A stretch of 64,000 bases of DNA from Eledone cirrhosa (GCA_964016885.1 OZ024742.1:49786001-49850000); one strand, 5' to 3'; counted from the stretch's first letter, positions 38,723-52,199 are shown. Numbers and translations are program-made. Notes: generated from the sequence alone by a model not told the origin.

Positions 38723-40532
38723 TTAATTGTAAGTTGTGATGTTGCTGTTCCGCTCATATTTTCTATTTAATTTTGGTTGTAATTCTTTTATGTTTATTGC
38801 CTCTGTGATTTGTCTAAACATTGCGTCTTTTCTGTGTGTAGATTCTATTTTTATTTCTATGTTCTCTAGTTTAACCTTATGTTCTATTTTAGCATGTTGG
38901 TAGAGTACAGATGATTCTTTACTATCTTGGAGGTCTCGCCAGTGTTCATTTATCCGTTCCCCTACACTATGAGCTGTCTCACCTATGTACACTATATTTT
39001 TGTCTCTACATTGTCCTTCAGTACATCTTATGCTATACACTACATTTCTAGTTTTACAGTTAATATGGGGGCTTATTTTACAGGTTATACATTTCTTATC
39101 TATACAGGGAGGTCTTTGGAAAGGGTATGTCTTGCTAATAAGTGTTTTTACGGAGGTACTTGGTCTTTCTACTATCTTAATATTGAGTTTATGTTTATCT
39201 AGGGCCCTTCTAAATTTATAAGCTAATTCACCTCTAGGGGTTGTATCGATGAACATTACACTCTGGTATTTATTGCTATCATACCATGAGTTTATTCTAT
39301 TAGCCTTATTCCTAGTTCTTTCTATTCTATTCCAAAATTTGCTCCTATGCAAGGGGCAGGTCCCATTTGTGTCATTATTTCCCATTTTTTCCCATTTGGT
39401 TCTGGCTCCTCTATACACTCTGATTCTATCTCTCTGATTGTAACCAGAGAACTGCATACGGTGGATGAAGTGTTGTATGTGTCTCTCTAGTTCTTCGGGG
39501 TTGCACATGCAGGGACACATTTCTCATCACCCGTACCAAATCCGCAATCAGTATGTTGATTTTGGTATGGTCCGAAACAGCCGAGTTTCGGTGGATCAGA
39601 TGTCTGGAAGTCATGGGTTTGGCATAATGGGAATGGAGGATTTGTTTTTTGTTATTAATGGTATCTAACCAGAGCTCTGTGTCTAGTACAGGTAATCGAT
39701 GGTTGGGGTGTTTACTTGGATAGTCTATAGTAACTCTAATACTCTGGTGGATGGAGTTAGCTATTTGCTGGATGCTTTCCATTGTGGTTTTCTCTAGTTC
39801 CTGACTGTTCTCTAGTGGGGGTGTCTTAACTACGATGTTTATATCGTCAACGTAGCGGGAGTACATTATCAGGGTTAAGAGGTCTTCTAATTGTTCTTTA
39901 AGTTTAAGTTTAAGTCTACTGTCCCACCATACCATGAATAAGTTAGCTATGTCGCCTGCAATGCTAACACCAATGGCTGCTCCTTCCTATTGGGCATATG
40001 TTTTTCCATTAAATTTGAACATACGTTCCTTAAGTGTTAGTTTTATGCTGGCCCCTACCGCATGTGCAATCATTTTCTTCAGTTCATCGTGGTTTTCGGG
40101 TGTCCGTATGGCTCTGGTCCACCCGTTCCATCCATCTGTGTGGGTTTTCTTGGCCATTGAGGTAATGGTAGGGGGTCTGCCTCTTGCTGGTCTTGTAGGG
40201 CACAGGTTGCTAAGGTATTATGTGTCTAGGTAATTATTACTATAGGTAAGTTTAAGTAGGAGTCCCAGCTCACTGGTATCAATCCCACGGAACTCAACAT
40301 TGCTCTCACTGATCATTTCTACGCATTTCTCCACAGCAAAATCCATGTCAATAGATGGATACAGGGACACAACATCCATACTACCTATTATGTAGTTTGT
40401 TAGGTCCCTAGATCGGTTACTCTCACCGATTCTGCTGAGGAGGTCCTCCGTGCTGTCACATACATCTGGGGACATTTCAATGATGGGGCGTATGATCAGG
40501 GAGAGGAAGTAGGACAGTCTGTAGTTACTAGC
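38723..40532 (-). pseudogene. PLE reverse transcriptase + GIY-YIG endonuclease, disrupted (Naiad/Neptune-like)
   Basis: GSMDVVSLYPSI, EGAAIGVSIAGDIANLFM, RYVDDINI, LPVLDTEL, Cys-rich linker CIDKKCITC..C, VVYSIRC...VYIGETAHSVGERINEH, ITEAINI..PKLN; TAA and TAG stops plus frameshifts. Confidence 0.92.
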
Positions 40533-40800
40533 AAGAGGTCACAGAATGTGTGACGAAAGAACTTTGACAATATATATAAACAACTATCTGGTTGTGGAAG
40601 CAACCAACCAACCAGAAATTTATAAATTCCCAAATTTATAAATTTATTATAATAAATTGAAGTGAAAGCAACTGGTGCGTGTGTTTCTTATTGGCAACAT
40701 GGCCCTCCCAAAGTATAACAATATCGGTTTCAACACACGATTTCAGATAAAGAATCTTGCTAAACAAATTCAGAAACGAAATATATATATATATATATAA

Positions 40801-41228
40801 TCATCATCATCATCACCGTTTTACGTCCGTTCATCCACGCTAGCATCAGTTAGACGGATTGTCCTGTTGTGAGCAGTGTCCAGTCGGCTGACCTTGTCTT
40901 GCTCATACAGGAACTGATTTTGGCTTGATTTCTACAGCTGGATGCCTTTCCTAACACCAACCTCATTTACAGTGAGTGCTGGGTGCTTTTTTTCTGTGGT
41001 GCCTACACATTCACTTTACAGTGTGGGCTGGGTGCTTTTTTACCGTGGCACCTTCATGACTACTTTGCAGTGGAATGATAGGGACTCCAGTCCTATCATC
41101 TTATTTCTACAGCTGAGTAAACTGGAGCAATGTGAAATAAAGTGTCTTCCTCAAGGAAACAACACATCACCTGGTCTGAGAATTGAACTCACAACCTTTC
41201 GATTGCAAGCCCAATCCTCTAACCACTA
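40801..41228 (-). mobile_element. SINE family B with RTE-1-type tail
   Basis: Reverse complement of the 11995-12265 head and body; tail matches 11340-11444. Confidence 0.9.
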
Positions 41229-44200
41229 TATATATATATGCATGTGCTTGTGTCTGTATATGCCTAGGTTAAGGAGGGATGTATATCACACCTTAATGAA
41301 TTTATCTAAATTAATGCCTTGTCATACTTATGTTATTTCTCTTAGTTTATAATATATATAGTCATGCCAACTACTACTGGCTAAAACACTGCAACTCTTT
41401 TTCAAACTGTAAAAACTATTGTCAATTGATCAAAGCAAGCTTTAGCAAATTAAACTAAACTGTTGAGATTAAGTAAGCCTGAAATATCTCCTTGCCTGCA
41501 AACAAATCTCAATGATTCCCCTATGTACATTTCTTTTTTTTTTATTAATTCTTTACCTTTTGAAATTATCGCTGCTTTTCTTTAAGAATTGCTAAATATT
41601 AATGCTAGATTTGTATTCTCCTTCTCTAGATTATTCATTTTAATTGAATATTTGATAAATGTTTTGCTGGATTAAATTCATGAGAACAAAAATTACCAAA
41701 TTTAATTTTACATTTCATCTTCCTGTGTTAGTGAAATAATAAAATGTAGTCTGACATTAGTGTAAAATTAGACTATATTTTTAGATAGTTATTTAACATT
41801 TAGGAAGTTAATTTTCTGTTAATCAACCCTAGAATAAGTCGATGTTTTTATTACAAGAAAGCAGTAAAAATATTAATTAACATTTTACTAAGTTTACAAT
41901 AATCTTATCCATTTATTTATAAAGGATTCCTTAGAGTTTGGTATTGAAAGAATAACAAAATTATTTAGGGATATATTATTGCTGAATTGAGTAGGCTCTG
42001 ATATCTATACATATAAAAATCAATATGCTATTAGTAAGATAACATATTTGGCTTTCTATTGCCTCTTGTATGAATTTCATTTGATTTAGGTTCCCTTCCA
42101 CTTCTTTTAGCCATAGAGGCACTTAGCACATTGCTATTTGACCATAAATCAAGGGTCACTCACAAAAAAGAGTGGAATACATATAAATCAGGCACTAATG
42201 TAATTTGGCAATATGATGGCCCCTTTGTCTTTTCCCCCCACCAAACTGTTACACATATTTCTATTCACTTTGCTTTACCTTTATTCCTTCTTACTCAAAT
42301 TTCTTTACATTTTATGCTCATCTTATTTTTTCCCTGGTCTTTTAATGTTTACCTCTGTCTAGTTAATGTTCCATATGTCTCTTTCCTTTTATTTTCCCAT
42401 CCTCTAAATGTCTATATTTTGTTATTCCTTGAAACTTGTTTATTTCTTTACATTTTCTTTTATTTTTCTTCTGACCACACTTTCCTGACATGTCCAAAGT
42501 TTTCTGAACATGCAGCTTATTTCTTTGAAGGTTGTTATTTAAATATGTTCGCTCACTTCCTTCACAGAGTATAATGCGCCTTAATATTTTTTTACATGCT
42601 ATTTTGGATCAAGAGCAGGAAGGTAGGTTTAAACCCATCAATAGCTTCGTATTTTAACTGGTTTGTGTCCACTAGAACATCTGAACAAAATATACTGAGC
42701 AGTGAATTTGGTCTTTCTTCGGACTTTTATCCTCTAACCCTTTTCCTTTCAAATGATAACCATCATTCTTATGGTTTATTTCCTCCTTTCTTTTTCAATA
42801 TTCTACTATCCTCTTTAGATTTAATTATTGTTTTTCTTATTTTTCATCCCTTTGAGTTTTTCTCAACATATCATTGATTAATTCTTTGCATCATTTTTCA
42901 TATTTCAACTAAAATACAATGTAAGAAATGAGAAGGTGAAATCTCACACGAAAAAAATTCATTCTGTCATTAGAGCTTTCTCAAAAATTGCAATATCTGT
43001 TATAATATGCCATTATTTTAAGCATCTTATTTTCAAAAGTGTGTATGAAACTATTAATTATTCTACAATTATGTGTCACCCCAAATAACTATCATGAGTA
43101 TTATATATGATTCATTTATGTGAAAATATTTTCCTTGAAGATTGTTATGGGGGTTTTTTTCTCAAGGCAAATGACAATTTATTAATGGACTAAGTCTATA
43201 ATTTCATGAGTTTGACTCTGTCTATGCCTTAGAAGATGAAAGTATTCTCAGAAATGTTAATGGGACACATATAGTTTAATGTAAGATAATTGTATGGTAT
43301 GCTATTGACCTGTAACTCCTGAAGGGGTCATAGGAGCATTAGGGCATTTTTTTGAAACCTGGCAGAGCCCATCTCCTCTCCAGTTAAGATAATATTGATC
43401 AATGTTATGTTTCTAATTTTAATGATTTGTCTTCTTTAATAACCAGATATTGATTTACAGTTGATGATCTTTAATAACTGAAGAGATCTTAACAGGTAAC
43501 TTCACGTAGTAAAAAATACAACTGTAATCTGTGGTGAAGTGATTTCATTAAAACCATATCAGAGGTAACATGCAATTGAAACAGATCTCTGCTCTTCCAA
43601 AGTAGCAAATTGTGTACTGCCCTCTGCTCCATTCCATCTGATGTATTAACTTCTCCACCACTTCTCATCATGATTATTTTCTATCACCCCGTCCTTCAAA
43701 CTTGCATGTAACTTTAAGAAACAAAATGATGTTGCTAAAGGTAAAAGATGACCATCAAACGTTAAGTGAGAAAGTATAAAAGAAAATAGTCAAAATAATT
43801 TAATCAAAGCAAAAGTGATTTCATGAACATTATAGTGAATTTTTATTATAGTGAAGCTGATATCAATAGGTCAATATATGTAACCAAAACACTGCCTGCA
43901 TCTTCTCACCATCTATCTCTTCCTTCCTAAATAAATGATACTTCAAACTCCTTCTTACAACGAAGAGTACTCTGAGATAACGACATTGAAATAAATCATA
44001 ACTTTTACCCTGAAAGAAAGAAGTAGAATCAATGAGAGTGAGAGCAGAGAAATAGAGAGAGAAATAATATATATATATATAAATATATACAGAGAGAGAA
44101 AGAGAAATATAGAGAAAGAGGGAGAGAGAGGTTTACTGGCAAGCAATAGTAACATCTAGTCAATGTATAGTGGTTGGACTCAGTATTGAATAAGAGAGTT

Positions 44201-45288
44201 TCTGCATGATCATTCAACCTGGTGAGAAAGAGCAACCAAATCACTCTCTAAATCATACCCTGCACTCTTAGATATCATATTTGAAAATGTAGCTACTGAT
44301 ATACAAAATGACATGATGGTCATGATTGGAACCTCTTCTATCATAGGTTTGTTTAATCAATGATCATCTGTCGCTAAATAACAACAATACAAATATATAA
44401 GAAAGAAACGTCTATATTGCACATGTGTATAAACATAAAAAAATGAAGTTGAAAATGCACTTATAGTCTTAAAGATGATTTATCTTCAGTAACCTTACCA
44501 GTTTCACAATTTGATGATTTTAAAGATTATAGTTAGATGGAAATACATGAACCTATGCCATAACTGTCTTGCCTCTTATATCACTTGCTGAGTCTTCTTG
44601 AGATGTACATGTCTGTGGAATGCTCAGTCACTCACTCTTTAATTTCACAGGCAAGCTGTTTCATTGGTCAAACACCTAAAACACTTGTGGTTAGAACTGA
44701 CATATCCACCACACAAGGAACCATCACTTATAAGAATCATCATTCTGATTGACACCACCTCACCCACATTCCCATTAATTACTACATTCCTCTAACTTCA
44801 CACAGACTTTTCAATAAACCTCAACCAATAATTATTAGATACTCTATCCAATGCTATCTCTAGATCTCATATGATTATTTACTCCGTATTACTCTAATTC
44901 TCCCATTAATTCCCAAGCACTTATTTTCTTTAACAGTTTATTTTTTCCTAAATCATATTTCTATTTCCTACAACAAATAAATCCACTTTCATTGTCCCTC
45001 AATTTATTTCATTTCTGTTGTATTAATATTCTTTATGCATACAAATATATTTATATTACATATTTTTTATTTCACAATAATTCCCCATATTTTTGTCTAC
45101 CAATTATTTCCTATTTACATACTTCTAATTGTAATAATACTCTGTCCTCTCTTCTCCCTCTGTTCCTCTCCTCACTCTCACAATATCCAAGCTGCTATCA
45201 GCTATTTCTTTTGCTGGCTTGCTATTTGTAGCATTACTTCCTCAAATTTGTTTCCTACCTTAACCACTGTTTAGCATCATTATGTTCA

Positions 45289-45326
45289 CTAGCAGAAAAG
45301 CCACCTTTCGGGTGGTTTTCTGCTAG
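45289..45326. other. Isolated 16-bp-stem palindrome with CTAG ends
   Basis: ctagcagaaaa(g)ccacc-tttcg-ggtggttttctgctag. Confidence 0.7.
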
Positions 45327-45544
45327 CATGTGTAGTGTGTGTATTGATATTATATGCAAGTATATATACATGTAGATATGATCAAATAAAATCGTAATTG
45401 ACAATATACACAGAAATTGAAAGAAGACTGTGTTACATTGTCTTATGTAATCAGTAACGTAATCCAGGATACATTAAAAAAAGACGATATTATATATAAA
45501 CTGCATTAGGAGAAAATTAGTGACATAAAATTTAGTATTTTTAT

Positions 45545-45650
45545 TTAAGCGATCGCCACCGGAAGTGTTGACATCACACACTCTCTCTTTCTATATGTAT
45601 ATGGTAGTTGAAGTGGCGGTGGTGGCAACGATATACCGGAAGTGTAATTT
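45545..45650. promoter_or_regulatory. Candidate housekeeping-type promoter with tandem ETS sites
   Basis: accggaagtg at 45558-45567 and 45635-45644; YY1-like aagtggcgg at 45611; local CpG retention in non-repeat DNA. Confidence 0.55.
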
Positions 45651-46431
45651 TGAAAAGAAGTCAATTTTAAATTATTTAATTTTACGAAATTATTTTTGTT
45701 TATGAAATTTAGTACATAAATTATGTAATATTCATTCATTATTTATTCAAAGTAGTCTAACTTATTTTACAAATGGGATAACAAAAAATAAACTGTACGC
45801 AGTCCCGCAGAACTTCCTTTATTTAGATTATCTCATGAAATTCTTTAAATTTCTTAAATTAATTGATACACATGGGCAAAAAATTTTATTAGAAATATGA
45901 TAACAAAATAGTTAAACATTCTGTGTTGAGTGGCCAACCCATTAACTCATTGGTTCATATAAGTAGCTTTAAAAACAATATTTTCATATATTGTATAATT
46001 GAGTAGGTAACACCTAACTCCTTTTAATATATCCTCACATATAGGATTGAGGTCAGCATAGCAGTTGTTACATACTGTAGTCAGCTATTTGTGCTCTGTA
46101 GTACCTTTTTTCCCAACTAGAGAGATGGATTGTCTTATAGTTGAGTGTCATGGCCATCTGCACTCTCTCAATATTTCTTTCAGACATTAGTTTTATAATA
46201 ATGCAACATTATAGCTTTAATCATTTTACATTGGTATTCGTTTGCATAAATCTTTCCAAAAATAAATTATTCTTAAACTGTTACGAAGCAGCCTGTCTTT
46301 CATCAAGGAATTTAATTTAAAAGCTTTCAAAAATCTCTTCATTCATACAGTTAACCTTTAATTTGTTTTAAACACATATTTAAAACTAAGGTCTAATTTT
46401 GTTTTCTTTGAAATGTGAAAATACAACATTT

Positions 46432-46607
46432 GGATTGGCAGTATCGGTAGAGAGATGGACACCTTGCTTTGAAGCATAGAGTTACATCCCTTTATGATCT
46501 GAGTTCAAATCCCACTGAGGTTAACTTTGCCTTTCATCCTTATGGCATCGATAAAATAAAGTACTGGGTAATTGCTGGCCTTGTGCCAAAAGTAGAAAGA
46601 ATTATTT
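46432..46607 (+). mobile_element. SINE family C
   Basis: ggattggcagtatcggtagag...gagttcaaatccc...gtgccaaaagtagaaag. Confidence 0.85.
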
Positions 46608-48643
46608 ATAGGCATTTTCTGAAAGGAATACTTTTATAAAATATGATATTTCTTATTTGGAAGTGTTCTAAGCAAAGACAACTTAAGACATGTCAGTCTT
46701 AACCCTTCATAAATATTTGTGTAACTACACACCTTTTTATATTACCATCAAGTATGAGTATTCAGAATAGTTTTTTTTTGTGGCCATGTAAGAAATTGCT
46801 TTCAAACTTGCTCTGTAATGCTACTGTGCCATTTAAAAATTTGTAAGGATTTGATATCATTCAACATACTCTATTATAAATTGGAGAGCATTACAGAATG
46901 TCACTGAGTCAAATGTTCTCCCTGGTATTGATTGCCAACTAGACCAATTCGTACATTAGTTACACAGCCAACACCTTTAAAGATTACATGGTGTTATACA
47001 TATTACAATGATATAATCTCATTGATACATCAAAACTCTGGTAGAAGAAAATAAATACTAGATTACAGAGAACAGCTATTTCTAGGTATCATAAACAAAT
47101 AGTAGGACCTGGAGTAGGAGACCCATTTAGACATGGCTAACTATAGGCTTACACCTAGAAAGTTCCTCTTCAAGGCGCATGACTAGGCAAGGTGTTTTGT
47201 GAAGGCCATTTTCTTCTTTTCATGTTACCTATGTTGTCCAAAGAAAAGCAAATGCTAACATATCTGATGCCAGCAGTCACCTATGCACACTAATCTCCTC
47301 TCTCCATACAGTTGATGTTGTCCAATAGAAATACGAATGCTAATATAGCTTGAGCCAGCAATTACACATTGATACTGATCTCCTCTTTCCATACCACTGA
47401 TGTTATCCAAGGGAAAGGCAAAAGCTGATATATCTTGGCACACACAACCTAAACAATAAAAAAAAATGTAATTTCATTTATTTTTTCAACTGTAGGTCAA
47501 ATCTGATTATGTAGATGTATGTGTATAAACATTCCAATGATGATCATCTTGTCTTTGTACTAGGCCATGTAATTCCTTCTTGCTTGCTTCCATTAAGACA
47601 TAATATAAGTGACATTCTGCAGCTATCTCTTACAATTTGAGTGACTACATATCACATAGGGACTCTCTCATCGGCTCATACTAATATTACCTGATGAGAA
47701 TCATACTTGTTGGAGTAGGACTAGAGAGTGAAAGATAGAGATAGTACGATAATGTTTGTGTGGGTGTGTCTTACATATTTGAAAAGAGAATTGTAAAACA
47801 GATTGTATTTCAAGGATATTTTGCAGTTGTGAGGGTGGGCTCTGTTTAAAAAATATCCTGGTTGTAAGAATATTTAGATGTTCTCTTATCCTGTGGTATG
47901 CACTATATACAAAAATAACTTTAGTAATTCATAAAACCTTACAAAATCTTTTCATTCCATGAGTTTTACTATTGACATAAAAATATTCAGATAGGAATCT
48001 ATCAATAGACATACCTAGAATTCTAAAATTTCTTTCTTCTGTACAATACACTTTGTTATGGTCTATGTATGCTGTGTGTATTTGTATGTGGGAATAAGCA
48101 TTGTTCATATGAGTGGCTATATATGTGTTTGCCAGTGGTTCAGAAAGATATATACCTGCTTCTTTTCATTTTTGATTATTTGTTGTCGCTGATGGGAGAC
48201 AAGTTAATTTGACTTTCATGAGATTTGAAAGCAGAGCAGTCAAATTCTGAACTATGTCCCATAAAGATTTTAATCTTATCGTCTGCTTCTCTTTCAACCT
48301 GACTGCATCTCAAACAGATATAAATCATCATCTCCATATAATCTTAGCAGACACAAGGATACATGTCTCATTCTATTTCTATAATTTGTGTGAGTATGCA
48401 TGCATATGCATATGTATGTATAAAGATAGATGTATGTATCTGTATTCATATATATCTATATATGCATGTGTGTCTGCAATCTCTCTCTCTCTATATATAT
48501 ATATCTTTTCCTATATATATTTGAAGTTGAAACATATCATTAGTTTTATAATCATGGGAGAGAGGAAAAGGAATGACGTCAATGTATCAGATGTTGGTCC
48601 TTCATCAAGAAAGAGTGAAGAGTGACATAAGGAGAGAGAAGAC

Positions 48644-48687
<44 letters not shown>

Positions 48688-48822
48688 CAAATGAGACAGT
48701 CAAGTTAAAACCCTCAATCATCTTATATAATTTAATGAGCTCAAGGAACAGATTCCATGCTCTTTATAAATCAGCATATATATATATATATCTGTATTTG
48801 TGTATACATATATATATAAATA

Positions 48823-48890
<68 letters not shown>

Positions 48891-48924
48891 TGTATACACA
48901 AATACAGATATATATATATATATG

Positions 48925-48960
<36 letters not shown>

Positions 48961-49050
48961 ATATATATATATGTGTATATATATATATATGTGTATATAT
49001 ATATATATATATAAATGTGTATATATATATATGTGTATATATATATGTGT

Positions 49051-49446
49051 ATCATCATCACCATCATCATCACCATTTTACGTCTGTTCTTCCACGCTAG
49101 CGTGGGTTAGACGGGTTATCCTGTTGTGGGCGGCGTCCGGTCAGCTGACCTTCTCTTGCTCATATGGGACTGATTCTGGCTTATCTCTACAGCTGGATGC
49201 CCTTCCTAACACCAACCTCATTTACAGTGAATGCTGGATGCTTTTTTGCTGTGGCACCTCCACGACCACTTTGCAGTGGAATGATAGGGACCGCAGTCCT
49301 TATCACCACATTTCTACAGCTGAGTAAACTGGAGCAATGTGAAATAAAGTGTCTTGCTTAAGGAAACAACACATCATCCCGGTCTGAGATTGAACTCACA
49401 ACCTTTCGATTGCAAGCCCAATGCTCTAACCACTAAGCCATGTGCT
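49051..49446 (-). mobile_element. Full SINE family B with RTE-1-type tail, inside (TA)n
   Basis: Head ccactaagccatgtgc (reverse complement of the A-box region); (CAT)n tail. Confidence 0.9.
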
Positions 49447-49449
49447 TTC

Positions 49450-49501
<52 letters not shown>

Positions 49502-49531
49502 GTATATATATATATATATATATAGATATAT

Positions 49532-49810
49532 AATAGCTTTCAACGTATTTTTGAATAAAGAAAATTTAGTCTGATAATGGGGTTTAGAACCCTCAGATGA
49601 ATGGAAAAAGATGAGTATTGACGTACATGGGAGTCGAACCCACATCTTTGGTTATCCAGACCACTGTGCTACCATTACGTCAACACATCAGGTGATGTGA
49701 GGGTTCTAAACCCCATTATCAGAATAAATTTCTTTAGTCACAAATACGGTGAAAGCTATTCTATTTTCTAATTTCAAACCTGCTAACTGTTTCAAAACAT
49801 ACTTAATCTA
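49532..49810. mobile_element. Inverted-repeat element (arms 49532-49595 / 49698-49760, right extension) enclosing a tRNA-like cloverleaf, inside (TA)n
   Basis: Arms are reverse complements with few mismatches. Confidence 0.75.
49619..49689 (-). tRNA. tRNA-like cloverleaf (pseudo-tRNA; anticodon position reads GGA, short variable loop)
   Basis: gatgtgt-tg-acgtaatggtagcac-a-gtggt-ctggata-accaa-agat-gtggg-ttcgact-cccat-gtacgtc-a; D stem is poor and the acceptor stem has 3 G-U pairs. Confidence 0.55.
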
Positions 49811-50005
49811 GATATATATATGTGTATATATATATATATGTGTATATATATATATATATGTTTGTATATATATATATATATGTGTGTGTATATATATATA
49901 TATATATGTGTGTATATATATATATATATATGTGTGTGTATATATATATATATATATGTATGTATAGAGATTACAGTAATCAAAGTTCAGTTTAAGTCAT
50001 TTATT

Positions 50006-50052
50006 TGCTTACAATTGTTTCCTCCAAACCGAGGTTTGGATTCTTCGGAGCA
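50006..50052 (-). ncRNA. Minimal hammerhead-like motif (U4C variant)
   Basis: tgct-ccgaaga-a-tccaaac-ctcg-gtttgga-g-gaaa-c-aatt-g-ta-agca; palindromic stem III acaattgt. Confidence 0.65.
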
Positions 50053-50191
50053 GCTATTTATAACATACTTGACCTCCTTTTCAACCCAAGAGACACATAA
50101 AACATATGCGCACATTGATCAACAGTGGGGTGACACTCATCAAATGAAATAGCATGGCAATTTACATATAAAGTGTTACATGATAAAAATA

Positions 50192-50440
50192 ATGTATATA
50201 TGTATGTATATATATATATATATGTGTGTGTATATATATATATGTGTATATATATATATGTGTATATATATATGTGTATATATGTGTATATATATATATG
50301 TGTGTATATGTGTATATATATAAGTGTATATATGTGTATATATATATGTGTATATATATGTGTATATATATATGTGTATATATATGTGTATATATATGTG
50401 TCTATATATATGTGTATATATATGTGTATATATATGTGTG

Positions 50441-50498
<58 letters not shown>

Positions 50499-50632
50499 TA
50501 TATATATACACATATATATATACACATATATATATACACCTATATATATACACATATATATATACACATATATACACATATATACACATATATATATACA
50601 CATATATATACATATATATATATGTGTATATA

Positions 50633-50686
<54 letters not shown>

Positions 50687-50748
50687 TATACATATATATA
50701 TATTTGGTTTTTAAAATATATATATAACATAAATATATATATATATAT
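50192..50748. repeat. Compound (TA)n array whose variant units switch strand (tatgtg to cacata) around ~50470
   Basis: Direct reading. Confidence 0.9.
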
Positions 50749-50787
50749 GGTTTTTAATATCCAAAGTCAATAAATACGCCAGGATTC

Positions 50788-50848
50788 TTTCATTCTGATG
50801 ATTGAAAGCAAATTTTTTTTGCTTTTAAGAAACCACTGGTAAATGAAA
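50788..50848 (+). ncRNA. Type I hammerhead ribozyme with fully canonical core
   Basis: Stem I tttcatt/aatgaaa (7 bp), ctgatga, stem II ttgaaagcaaa/tttgcttttaa (11 bp), gaaa, stem III cc-act-gg, GUA cleavage triplet (cut after 50841). Confidence 0.85.
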
Positions 50849-50874
50849 TAATTGCCTTATGTTGTTTATTACAT

Positions 50875-50945
<71 letters not shown>

Positions 50946-51147
50946 TGTAATAAACAACATAAGGCAATTATTTGTAAGCACACGGAATAAATTACCTTTT
51001 TATGATATCTACCTGTTATTATTCATTCTTTATATACACTCCGGAATACAGAAGGATCAGGGACTAAGTTTCTTCAACAATTCTTCCATAACTCGTAGAG
51101 TAACCTCTCACCGTACGTCACCCATATCCAGTGTAGTAAATAACCAT

Positions 51148-51405
51148 TATATATATATGTATATATATTTATGTATATATATATGTATATATGTATATAT
51201 ATTTATGTATATATATATGTATATATGTATATATTTATATATGTATACATATATATATGTATATATTTATATATGTATACATATATATATTTATATATAT
51301 ATATGTATATATATATATATGTATATATATATATGTATATATATATATGTATATATATATATATGTATATATATATATGTATATATATATATGTATATAT
51401 ATATG

Positions 51406-51438
<33 letters not shown>

Positions 51439-51537
51439 GTATATATATATATATATATATGTATGTATATATATGTATATATATTTAAGTATATATATAT
51501 ATGTATATATATATATGTATATATATATATATGTATG

Positions 51538-51568
<31 letters not shown>

Positions 51569-51597
51569 GTATATATATATGGTTATACTTGGGGATA

Positions 51598-51647
<50 letters not shown>

Positions 51648-51904
51648 CATATGTATATATATGTATATATATATACATATGTATATATATGTATATATAT
51701 ATACATATATATATACATATATATATATGTGTATATATATATGTATATGTATATGTATATATGTATATATGTATATGTATATGTATATATGTATATGTAT
51801 ATATATATATGTATATATGTATATGTATATATGTATATATATATATGTATATATGTATATATATATATGTATATATGTATATATATATATGTATATATAT
51901 ATAC

Positions 51905-51935
<31 letters not shown>

Positions 51936-51973
51936 CATATATATATGTATATATATATATATGTATATATATG

Positions 51974-52004
<31 letters not shown>

Positions 52005-52199
52005 GTATATATATATATGTATATATATATATGTATATATATATATGTATATATATATATATGTATATATATATATGTATATATATATATGTATATATAT
52101 ATATGTATATATATATGTATATATATATATGTATATATATATATGTATATATATATATGTATATATATATGTATATATATATATGTATATATATATATG

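Larger units (their letters stand above)
38363..40781 (-). mobile_element. Penelope-like element, 5'-truncated, with 3' pLTR and an inverted pLTR (40533-40781) at the truncation point
   Basis: 38363-38517 is the reverse complement of 40534-40691; RT + GIY-YIG ORF between them; right end abuts (TA)n. Confidence 0.92.

Noticed and set aside
38723-40532. Selenoprotein-type PLE (in-frame UGA plus SECIS)
   Set aside because: The interrupting stops I could place are TAA and TAG, and no SECIS was recognised
42130-42900. Purine-rich minus strand with a GHVRK knuckle-like remnant
   Set aside because: Too decayed to call as LINE ORF1
45289-45326. Rho-independent terminator
   Set aside because: Eukaryotic context with no bacterial gene nearby
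48578-48612. ttgatga-a-gga..tct-gata motif (minus); also ctgacga at ~6049 without GAAA
   Set aside because: Incomplete cores with no stem I
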